A DNA stretch of 64,000 bases from Antedon mediterranea (Eukaryota; Animalia; Echinodermata), in contig NC_092677.1 of NCBI RefSeq assembly GCF_964355755.1, forward strand, positions 11,802,101 through 11,866,100. The letters run 5' to 3'. Shown here piece after piece: positions 25,700 to 37,567 of this stretch. Every line of letters begins with the position of its first letter. The stretch's first letter is position 1. The notes beneath the pieces are model-generated. The model did not search any database. It was not told where the DNA came from and was given only the letters and a program-made list of their open reading frames with translations. Made by a program: the position numbers and the translations under genes.

Positions 25700-25885
25700 T
25701 GGGGTATAACCAGACCCCGAGTTATAACCACACCCCGAGTTATAACTACACCCCGAGTTATAACTACACCCCGAGTTATAACTACATCCCGAGTTATAAC
25801 TACACCCCGAGTTATAACTACACCCCGAGTTATAACCACACCCAGAGTTCTAACCACACCCCGAGTTCTAACCACACCGCGCATT
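25700..25885. repeat. 18-bp minisatellite (CCCCGAGTTATAACTACA)n, about 9-10 copies
   Basis: Direct reading. Confidence 0.93.
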
Positions 25886-27282
25886 ATAAGCTCACCCACA
25901 GTGACCCTGGGATAGACTCTACAGTTTTTTTTATGCGATGAAGTACATTATAAGCCAATAAAACCATGGCACTCGCCTGTTAAATCTGATCTTATAATAT
26001 GATAAAGAGAGTGTGTTTATAATCATGTCAGTAATTGTACTATAATTAAATAAAATAAATTATCATTTTTTTAAATAAAATAAATTAAAAAAATACAATT
26101 TATAACAAAAAAAAATGTATTTAAATACTCTACCATATACTGTATAAAAATTATTCAAGTTTATGAAAACATAACTATTGGAAAAACAATAAAAGACAAA
26201 CAAGAAAACATTTTTGCAAAGTAGTCCTAGGACCATAAAAGCCCATTAGCTTAGCTTTGAGCTAATACACCTATAAACAACAGTGGAGTATTCACCATGA
26301 AATGCTACTGTAATATTTATAACATATTGAACTTTTATACAAAAATTACAATACATTGAAAATGCCAATATTTTGTGCAAAAATTTAAAAATTTTCAATA
26401 TTAGAGTATTTAATATCTTAAAAAAAAAATTTAATACAAGGTTCTGATGTCACTCTCAGTAAAAATTAAAACCATGTCTCATTACTACTACAAATATATT
26501 ACAGTATTAGTATGTGTTTTCGATGAAAACAATTCCCTACAAATAAAGTGCCAATTACTAGGTTTTGAGGAACAATAACAAATTTAGTTTCGTGAGAACG
26601 AAGTTTAATAGAAGTCAACTTAGTGTATGTATATTAAAATGTTCTATGTATGCAACTTTAAACCCAAAAAAAGATAAAAATTTCCTTAAAACTAATCCCA
26701 ATTCATGTTATGGCCATCAAAACTAATTCCCATTCATGTGATAGCCATCAATTAAAAACAATCAATCAACCCTGGTTAATGAATATTGGATTTTCAGTAG
26801 GATTAGTGAATAATGATAAAAATAAGAATTCTAATATTTAAATTTGAGATTTAAAACTGTAATAGCAGTTTCTGTACATGATAGTGCACTATATAGTGAT
26901 GAAGACAATTGTCATTAGAAATCATTCTTTTAAACCAATTTGTAAGAAAATAAAATACTACTAACACATTTGAAGTAAAAAAAATCTTCATTCCTGCAAA
27001 AATTTGCTAGGAAATAGCTTTAGCCTTGTGTCATAAATCAAGCTGATTCGTGCAAGAGTGCAGCATCTATCTTTTTTGGCATAGTGCGAATATCTGTACA
27101 TATAAAACCAGTGCCAGATCAAAGATTTTAAACAGGGGGCTCAGAGCCTAAATATGGTGAAATGCATGGCTTAATTTGATTTCCTATCTTTTGCATTACA
27201 ATTTGCCAAATTTAGGGGAGGGACAGGGCCAGTTGCCATCCCCCTGCCCCCTTGGATCTGCCCCTGAAAACAACGATACAAA

Positions 27283-30200
27283 CTAGGACTTCACACTGTC
27301 CTGGTTAATGACATAGGTACTTCTTTCTTCTTCATCCTTCACAGAACTTCGATTCTTTAGTAGTTTTGCCTTTTTCTTCTCCCTCTCTTCTTCCGTCATT
27401 TTTCGGAAAGGTTTGATATGTTTGTCGAAGTATCGGTACATGGCACGGAAATGATGTTCCTTCAAAATGATGTGGGGGCGCTTTGCAATCACAAAATTTT
27501 GAGCATCTTGAGGAGTCCACAGGTTGATCTAACGAAAATAATAAGCGTTAGTTTACATGACGTAAATCTTACTTTTCCGTTATTCTTCTTGTTATACGTT
27601 TTTGTTTGAAAAAACAAGCAACAAATTTTCCTTTAATTATTGTTGTGGTGCACATGCTGTTAAATCAATATAATTACAATAGTCATAATAAATATATTAA
27701 TATATTAAAATAAAAGCAAACATATTTCTTTTGTGTTTTTCAATATTTGTACAGTGGATTGAGAACATATTTATAATGTGCTATATACTGTATATATTAA
27801 GAATTAACTGATATATTATTATATTTTAGAAATAGTGATGTATCATCAGCGTAGAGGAACCTAATAGATGCTGCTACTAAACTGGAATCAATTACAATAG
27901 TCATAATAAATATATTAATATATTAAAATAAAAGCAAACATATTTCTTTTGTGTTTTTCAATATTTGTACAGTGGATTGAGAACATATTTATAATGTGCT
28001 ATATACTGTATATACAGTATTAAGAATTAACTGATATATTATTATATTTTAGAATTAGTGATGTATCATCAGCGTAGAGGAACCTAATAGATGCTGCTAC
28101 TAAACTGGAATCAAAAGGATGTTTAAATAAAAGTTCTTAATAAAAGTTTTTAATATTAAATTATTTGTAAACATGATTTGACATTTGATGTTGTGGTACG
28201 AGTATGGTCTATGAAAATGTTATGACAAATATAGAAACATTATTGTTAGGTAATAATTCATAATTAACACTTTAAAAAAAAAAATATCACCATGCCATTT
28301 TTAAAATTGTACAAATAAAGATAAAAATCATAAACGTTAGTTGAAAAACAAAATTAAATAAACAATGAATTAATTGAAGATGGCAAGATAAGGTAGTCAA
28401 ATGGATGCACCAGTGATATCATTCTCGTACCTGTCCATTACTGTTAAACGTGGCATTTGTTGCTGCTAACTGAAATAAAACACCTACAGTCAATTAATCT
28501 AGTGAAGAATGAGTTCCAGCTACAGTACAGTATGCAGGCTCTTCAACTTTACAATAACCTTTAATCTAGCCTATTTATTAAGAGATAACTACATGTGATT
28601 ACTTTGATTGGAAAAGATTATGGACCAGGTAGAACAAGTGCAGTTAAAAAACCAGACAGATCTGGATAGAAAAATGTGGTCGCCTACTCTCCCTTACGAA
28701 TATTGTTCATGTTTTCTAGGAGAGGGGGAAGGGAAGTAAGTGGAGTGCAAAGTGATTGGGATAGGGAGAGAGTATGGTTGAGATTGTGTGGAGTGGGGAG
28801 GGGATTGAGTGGGGAGGGGATTGAGTGGGGAGGGGATTGAGTGGAAAGAGGGGTGGGTTGGGAATCCTTTATGACCTTTACGAACATCCTGGATCTTAAT
28901 CCTGGTGTCATGAATAAATACATTTTTTACAGTTAGTGGTCCTTCACAAAATGACAATGTTTAGCTACCTTCATCAAATAACAGCATACAAGTGTAGCAC
29001 TGCGTGTACGACCCGCTTTACAATGTACGTAGACAGATTCATCTCGTTCAGCATGTTTCTCAATAAATTCCACCCCCTCTTCCAGAAATTCCATGCTAGG
29101 GGCTTCCGTAAAATCTACGGTTGGTAGGTGCATTTGAGATACTCCAAGCATTTTCCATTCCTAAAACACAAAAAGGAAAACCAATGTACGGTATAAACAA
29201 AAACAGGACAGATTTTCAGCAAATCCAAATATAGTATATGACCTTTTGAATGCTGTCTCACAAACAAATCTTGCTTATGAGAGTTAATTGCTGTCCCCGA
29301 TTAAATAAGTGCCACACTCTTTTATTGGGAGAATGTCGACTAGACTCCATTATGGGGAAAACTACTAAAAGCAATATCCATAAAAGCTCAACTTTAAATA
29401 CCTAAAGCTCTGTCTACACTATCAAATTTTAAAATGTTATGTGCCCATATACTGTATATGGACATGATGATGTCATATCAATACCATATTTAGGTATATC
29501 AGTACCATATTTGGGCACATCACACTGTTTTTTTGTCAAACTAGTTTGATAGTGAAGACAGAGCTTTACATTATTAATAATCTTTTAATTTGAGGAGGCA
29601 TGGTGTTAGAATTTAATTTAAAGTTGTTTAAATGTTACTTACATCAGCGGTTGGCGCATATCTTAATTCATAAGATTCATTCATTGTTATAACCCCTTTC
29701 ACACCTTCCTCTTTTACAAGCTGAAAAGAAAATTCAATTCTGAATTGAGCGATTCATTCATTTTCATCTTTTTATTTCTGAATACCATGATTACATAATA
29801 TATTATTAGCAAAAATGAAGCTTAATCTAAGAAATCATTGTATAGATAACAACAACAAAAAAGAGTTTGAGGTTGTAGATAAGTAGAAAAGGTTTTCAAA
29901 ATGAAAAATATTAAAATAGCCAAGCATAATATAATATTTTTTGGGAGTGTTGAACACTGTTCAAAATGGTTATATAATAATATATTGGATCAATATACAG
30001 TATAGTACTTCCAAATATATGTTTACTTTTAACCGTGGCCTTTCATTTCTTCAGTTCATAAAACTTTTTAGAGACTACTATCTTCTCTGTAATACTAAGG
30101 CATTGCTACTTGTAGTATAATAAAAATGAATACAAAAAGTCAAAATAAATACACTTCAGGTTCAGAATGTATTGAAGATTCCAAGAGTCCAATAATTTAA

Positions 30201-31615
30201 AGGGTTCAGGATCCGATTATTTTCAAGTGGGTATTTTAAATACAAAGGTATGTAGTGTAATCACCCAAATACAAAGAATAATTGATAAGAAATCTAATAC
30301 ACAATGAAAGGCACAAAGTCAACTCATGGACCTATAAATTATTAATTTATATAGGTCCATAGTCAAAATAATATCAAAATCATTTTGGAGTGTATAACCT
30401 GGGTCAAATCATACATAAAGATTTTCCCTACCTCCCACCTCAGCCCCACTCACACTATACAAACATGGATGTTACTTTGCCACACTTTTAAAACATATTT
30501 TGTATTCGTCCTTTTATGATGAACAGTACACTGTAAATTTCTACATTTTTCATGTTGGGGAAAACAAACATTGTTTGTTTTGGTCGTTTCATTTCTTTTT
30601 TCAGTGTTTTACTATAAGAAGGTAAACTTCCCTAAAAAATCTACAATTATAAAGTCCTTTCAGTTTTGAATAATTCTACATAACTAATACTATAGTTCCT
30701 TTTGGAAATTGTTCCGTTCCAGTGAGCTTTTATAAAGAACATTGTCAGCGCTCACAATGGGTAGGGCATGCTCAAGAATACAAACACAGTAGTACACCAA
30801 TAGTCTGCTAGACTGCTAACTAAAACAACATGCTATTATATAGTTTAAATATCAGGCTTCTGTATACCAACTCAGTGATCCATAACATCTAGTTGACATC
30901 CCAGTTTTCAAGCCTTTTTAATTATTAGGTATGCTAACAATTAATTAGTGATCATTTCATGCACACAACAAATAACACAAACTCTATATTAACTTTCTAT
31001 TTTTTAAATGAAGAATTAGAATACTTTTGCAAAATAAAATTTGATATTACTTATTCAACTACTGTAACAGTATTATATTATACTATCTTCCGATATACTA
31101 AGTTGTGATTAGAACAGGGTGAGTAACATGAATAAAGCTAATAATATGCCATTAAAACTATGTACCACAAACTTTTGAGTTATATGTAAAATTTGTTTTA
31201 CTTGGGGTAAATGACCAAATGTGTTCCCTGTAAGGCTGTATTGTGTTAAAACATGGAGGTAAAATAAATGGTTAAAACATATATTTCCCCTTCTTTGCAT
31301 TATGGGATATTGTTCCCTGAATATGGGTGTCCCAAAGGATGGGTCTACTGTATGAAAAAAAGGACTGGGCTTTGTCTACTCTACATAGAGGGTAAAGGTC
31401 ATACAAGATGTCACATATGATGATTCAGAAGGAATGGGAAAGTGAGTTATATTTTCATTTATATAATACCTTACCTTATTGGCATCACTCTCAAATGGTA
31501 AAGCACCTAATACCACAGCTTCTGTTATTCGATCATACCATCGCCGTGAAGAGATTTTACTCATTAAAACATTGTAAAAAAGCGTTGGGTAGAAAAGTGA
31601 TCTTGCAACCGGCAT
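27283..31615 (-). CDS. PTPMT1: Mitochondrial phosphatidylglycerophosphatase PTPMT1; exons 31615-31475, 29720-29643, 29160-28969, 27528-27283 (218 aa)
   Basis: [41 protein letters not shown], and catalytic [16 protein letters not shown]; all introns are phase-0 GT-AG. Confidence 0.96.
27673..28113. repeat. Recent tandem duplication of about 220 bp in PTPMT1 intron 3
   Basis: Two near-identical copies beginning ATTACAATAGTCATAATAAAT. Confidence 0.92.
28780..28862. repeat. G-rich 17-bp minisatellite (GATTGAGTGGGGAGGGG)n
   Basis: Three to four copies giving multiple GGGG tracts. Confidence 0.85.
29406..29565. mobile_element. Harbinger/Tourist-like palindromic MITE (representative copy; others at ~1068, 6375, 33434, 34677, 38118, 42430, 51455, 54522, 60282)
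   Basis: TIR AGCTCTGTCTACACTATCAAA; TAA/TTA flanks; internal GCCCAAATATGGTAGTGATAT subrepeats; about 10 copies in the window. Confidence 0.8.
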
Positions 31616-33016
31616 TTTGACGTGATTTCCTTCTGTGTTATTGTTTGATTACATATGTTCGTGATCAGTTTACGCTTACTATATTAAAATGAAACACAAA
31701 ATCTGAAAAATAAAGGTTTTTGAGATTTCCAAAAATTTAATCCAAAAATACCGTATTTCTACATACATTTTTTTTATTGATATAGCCTAGGCTAGGCCTA
31801 GCCTAGATATACTGTCCTTCAATCTATTATTCTTATATTAAACTTGCATAATATATCATAATAATCCCTAGTATTGCAATTATTTATTAGGCCGCGACTA
31901 CCCACACTCTCCCTCCTATCTGCTAAAATCACTACCAGAGATGTGTTGCAGTGTTCCTTACCTGGCCTATAAACAGTACCCGCCTCCTGAGCTTGATAGG
32001 GCCTAGCCTAGTATTCCAAAGGCAGTATTATAGCCTGGCTGGATATTTAATGTCAACCAGCAGCTCTTTAATTAAAACCACAATTTATGAACGTAACATA
32101 CCAGTCTAATAAATCATTTCCTACTGTGTGTGTTGTATAAAAATAAGGTATTTAACTAAACAAAAATCACCCAGCCCACAACAGAATGAGTCATCTCGCT
32201 AGCTGTTTCGCTCCCCCACACCAGTTCTTCAGGATACTGCCCTCTGTAGTTTATTTGAACGTTTTTTGTCACATCAAATTGGATTTCATTCAAAAGTTTC
32301 GCACCTACAGTTTCTAGTATTCAAAATTTAAGTTTCACTGCCAAAACTGTAGCAATCGTTAAATGTATTAACTTTAAATATACAGATCATACAGTCTTCA
32401 CCACAACATGAATATATTTATCTTGGAGACTTAGTGGGTTCCACAAATCAATTTGCCCCACAAATCAATTTGCCGCACAAATGAGATTACATTTGTACCT
32501 AATTGTCATGTATCTTCTTTAAGTTACTTCACCCAATAACACTCAAAAGAAACAAAATCATTTCATAAAATACACTAACCGATTTAATTACTAAACCCTG
32601 ATTTATTTGTCAGAACTTGTCAGAACCTTTTTTTAGTGACAATACAAAACACATTTTTTTACGGATTTTTTTATTGATAAAAATTGAATTTCCAATTCAC
32701 TTTCAATCATGCATGATCATGTTATTAATTAAATACACTAACCCACACCTGTTCAATTATTTATAACAGATTTCCAATTTATTTATTCGAATAAATACAT
32801 AACATTTCAGAAACCAACTTAAAAATATATCATCTATATATAACAGAAGGAATATACTATATTACAATTCTAAATTTTGTTAAAACACTTGATAGAATTA
32901 AATTTTGTGTAAGAAAAGGCCAAGGAGTAGGCCTACACACTGACTTGTTATGTTAAAAATCATTTTTACAGTTTAAGGGGAAATTAATATTATTGTTTCG
33001 GAAATATTATTAATAT

Positions 33017-35446
33017 TTATATAACAGGACAATCATATTTATTAATACATGTGGAGTTATGAAGTAACATTCCAGCTGAACAAACACATCCTGGAACACA
33101 TTTTTTATGTATACAGCTATCGGCAATATTTTGATTTTCACAAGTTGATTGACAAGGAGAAGCACACTCATCGTAATGCATACCCTCAGGACAAGATATT
33201 GCTATAAATACAAACAAATTATTAATTAATAAAATAATCAATTAAAAAGAAATCACCACACAAACTATAACAAACACACAGAGTACATACAAATTGCATA
33301 TGTTGATGATCTTAGTATATGAACATCATTCATTTGTAGGGCCTATTATATTTAAGCAAATGGCAAGGATAACTATAGGCTTACGTAATTCATAATTCAT
33401 TTCCTCTCCTTCTCAAAAAGAGAAATCTTTTAAAGCTCTGTCTACACTATCAAACAAAATGTGATGTGCTCATATATGGACATGATGATGTCCCTGCCAT
33501 ATTTGGGCATATCACTACCATATTTTGACACATCACACTTTTTTTTTTTTCAAACTAGTTTGATAGTGTAGACAAAGCTTTAGACAAACATAAACCAAGA
33601 CGCTCTACATAAACATAGTATCAAACATTAAGTATGGGAGTGACATCTGATGGGATTTGAACCCATGACTTTGGGATAAATGATTACATAACAATAACAT
33701 GTCAATTGAATAGATAAGAAGATGCAAAAACAAAGTGTATTTACAAAGCGCTATAAAGCAACGCAAAGTACTGTATTGCGTAATCACAATTGGGAACCGA
33801 CGACGCAATAGTGCTGCAAACATCGCAGGTTTGATTTCACGCAGGCGGGGGAAAACACAATTATTGGAAGCGCATTTTCTTACGTTGAGTTAGGTTGCGT
33901 TACGGTGCATCGCTGGTGGGAACCAAGCTTAAAAGTTTGATATTTTAAAATGACTTACTACACAGATCTGTTGATCTCCAGTTTAATACAACACCCTTTC
34001 TATGTGCTTCATGGGCATAGACTTCTAAAATATCACACAAGCACATTTCTTGTGTTGGACAGGCACACATATCATTTAAACAGGCATTGAAATACGGATC
34101 TGGATCAATTATTGCGTGTGCTGGTTTAAATATTTCACCCTGTGAAAATAATTATAAGTGTATTAAAACAAAGGAGGGGCTACAAATATTAACTGTAGGT
34201 AAAATAAGGACTTTTTTGATATAATAATAATAATAATAATATTTATTTGGCATGTCATCAAGTACAACCTTGCCAGGAGCAAGCAATAGGCATGGGCCTG
34301 AACAGTTTTAAAACTGCTCTTGCTCCAACGTTAACACTATCATTTATAAACAAAGATAGAAAATTAGTTTAGCAAGTTAGCAATTCAATTAACCATGTGT
34401 TAACATATATTACCTTGAGAACACTACACTCTGTACGAGCTTTCATCTCGACGTGTCCTGTTGCTTTGGCGCATGACTCCAACTTGTGATCTTCCCGAAT
34501 CAAGCACTCGGGGGACTCTCCAACAATGAACATGTTCTTGAAAGTAGATTCTGTTTCTGTCAAATTTCCATTCACACTCCTGTGGTAAGAATAAGAATTT
34601 ATAATTATACATTCCCCCATGTTGGTACAGATTGAACCTTTAAATCATGCTTAGCATCAACATGAATACCAAACTTAAGCTGTGTCTACACTGTGATATG
34701 CCAAAATATGGTTGTGATATGACATCATCATGTCCATATATGGGCATATCACATTTTCGTCACATTAACTTTGGTGTAGACAGAGCTTTAGCATCAACAT
34801 GAATACCAAGGCAGAGTGATATATATGTGTAAGAACCTACCTAAAATCATCACTAGGATCATTGTTGTAATTTCCACATAATCCACAGAGTTGATCTTTC
34901 CATGACATGTCAACTGATACCTCTGCCATGTGACGGCCATCCCATGAAAGAGTGATGCCCAGGCTAGAGTGTACAACCACCAATAAACCTACAAATAGTA
35001 ATGATGTAATGTAGTGGTGACAGACAAGATTAGGATAACAATTCTGACAATAAATGCTAATTATGATGATAAAGATAATGATACTGAAGGACACTGACAC
35101 AGTACACTAAGCATCGCATCACTGAATTAGTTTCCACTTTATAATTCACACTCACCTAATTTTTGAATACTGAAATATGGTTCCTCAACATATGGCAGAG
35201 TTATTAGACTCTTATCCAGGTGTACTTCCATGTCAGGCAGTAAATCAACAGTCTTATTAAACAACTGGAAGGAGACTAGTTGAGTTCTTGATACTGATGA
35301 TGATACTTTACCATGCACAATCACCTCAAAAGTATTATCTACACAGTCTTTGGCGAGGGTATATGTGCATGGGCCTTGGAAGGTAAGGAATTGGCCATCA
35401 AATGTTCTGTAATGAGGGTCACCAAACACAGTGCAAGTTGCCATTT
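33017..35446 (-). CDS. VWD-C8-TIL C-terminus of the large gene (exons 35446-35156, 34988-34841, 34579-34414, 34139-33959, 33201-33017)
   Basis: GDPH motif at 35412-35423; GLCGNYN; C8 [13 protein letters not shown]...CLC..LEVYA....GV.LNWR; TIL; TAA stop. Confidence 0.93.
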
Positions 35447-37522
35447 CTGAATAAAATAAAAGTATTATAAAAAACCACACGATTTAAATGAGACCATTGA
35501 CAGTGGTGTTACGGATATGAGCGCTTACATGCTAAACCCAGGAGCCCCTGAGCTTATGGAGCCCCTGAGCTTATGGAGCCCCTGAGCAGTGCCTAGAGGA
35601 AAAATATGTCATGTCCTGGCATTAAAATATGTCGAAAAATGCTAAAATCGCCTGAGGCCTCCAGCTTATGGTCTCTATGCTACGCCACTAACCATTGAGT
35701 GTTAAAATGAATGAATTATCATTAAGGTGTGTAGACTTACTTGGTGCACATTGATGACAGCATCCATCCTCTGGTAACATGAGCTCCTCATCCTTAAGAA
35801 AAAAACAAAAATTATTATAATTTATTATAAACTACAGACTACTCATGCTATACAGTGTATCATATATCACAAATTAAGGAATTTAAAGCATTACTTAACA
35901 CAGTTTTAGCATAAAAATGGGAAACATATATATATATATATATATATACTTTATCGTTTTGATTTAGCTTTTCACTTTTTTTGTATCTCCATTGAGATCC
36001 AGCCACTGATACCCACAGCATTGTCATTTTGTATCTCCATTGAGATCCAGCCACTGATACCCACAGCATTGTCATTTTGTATCTCCATTGAGATCCAGCC
36101 ACTGATACCCACAGCATTGTCATTTTGTATCTCCATTGAGATCCAGCCACTGATACCCACAGCATTGTCATTTTGTATCTCCATTGAGATCCAGCCACTG
36201 ATACCCACAGCATTGTCATTTCTTTCAGTAATTTGCCTTTGGATTATATATTTTCTACTGTTTGTACCAATTTTTATCTGATTTTGCTGTAATTATGGAG
36301 GGTACTTTGGATAACTTTACTTTATCCAAATTCCTTCACTTAGTAAGTTACACTTTTATCGTTTCAAATTAATTAATTAAATTTCAGTACATCACCGGGC
36401 GGTTTAGAATTAATGTTCATTGCCTGATGTGTTTATATATATAAAAATATCTCTTCGGAGATCCCGCCTCGTGAATAAAAATACTGAAAGATGAGGGCGT
36501 ATCAATTTGATCTCTGGTACGCGTGCGTACAACTGAGGACTAGTGCTGTTCCACCGTACCACGCCGAGAATGTTAAAGAGTCGCTATCCAATCGAGTTTG
36601 AACAATACCATGAAAGCCCCAGTGGTCTAATGGTTAGGACATCTGCATATCAAGCAGGCGGTCCGAGTTCGAGTCTCGGTTGGGGCGACTTTTTCTCATT
36701 CTCACAGATTTCCTCATCTTTATCGTTTCAAATTAATTAATTAAATTTCAGTATATCACCGGGAGGTTTAGAATTAATGTTCATTGCCTGATGTGTTTAT
36801 CTACATAAAAGTATCTCTTCGGAGATCCCGCCTCGTGAATAAAAATACTGAAAGATGAGGGCGTATCAATTTGATCTCTGGTGCGCGTGCGTACAACTGA
36901 GGACTAGTGCTGTTCCACCGTACCACGCCGAGAATGTTAAAGAGTCGCTATCCAATCGAGTTTGAACAATACCATGAAAGCCCCAGTGGTCTAATTGTTA
37001 GGACATCTGCATATCAAGCAGGCGGTCCGAGTTCGAGTCTCGGTTGGGGCGACTTTTTCTCATTCTCACAGATTTCCTCATCTTTATCGTTTCAAATTAA
37101 TTAATTAAATTTCAGTACATCACCGGGCGGTTTAGAATTAATGTTCATTGCCTGATGTGTTTATATATATAAAAGTATCTCTTCGGAGATCCCGCCTCGT
37201 GAACAAAAATACTGAAAAATGAGGGCGTATCAATTTGATCTCTGGTGCGCGTGCGTACAACTGAGGACTAGTGCTGTTCCACCGTACCACGCCGAGAATG
37301 TTAAAGAGTCGCTATCCAATCGAGTTTGAACAATACCATAAAAGCCCCAGTGGTCTAATGGTTAGGACATCTGCATATCAAGCAGGCGGTCCGAGTTCGA
37401 GTCTCGGTTGGGGCGACTTTTTCTCATTCTCACAGATTTCCTCATCTTTATCGTTTCAAATTAATTAATTAAATTTCAGTATATCACCGGGCGGTTTAGA
37501 ATTAATGTTCATTGCCTGATGT

Positions 37523-37567
<45 letters not shown>

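Larger units (their letters stand above)
36356..37562 (+). repeat. 364-bp tandem repeat (about 3.2 units), each containing a tRNA-like gene, ending in (TA)n
   Basis: Period 364 (36543/36907/37271); units nearly identical. Confidence 0.96.

Noticed and set aside
25633-25915. Mucin-like (PRVITT)n and (RGVVIT)n ORFs
   Set aside because: Open only because the 18-bp unit is a multiple of 3; no signal peptide or exon context.
35981-36220. CRISPR-like appearance of the 48-bp array (also the 64-bp and 31-bp arrays)
   Set aside because: No unique spacers, no cas genes, eukaryotic intron context.
36533-36580. CTGAGGA as a hammerhead core in the 364-bp unit (retrozyme hypothesis)
   Set aside because: No stem II followed by GAAA, and no matching core on the other strand.
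36543-37468. Three 65-aa ORFs (MLFHRTTPR...) in the 364-bp units
   Set aside because: GTG starts, they overlap the tRNA cloverleaf, and no protein is recognisable.
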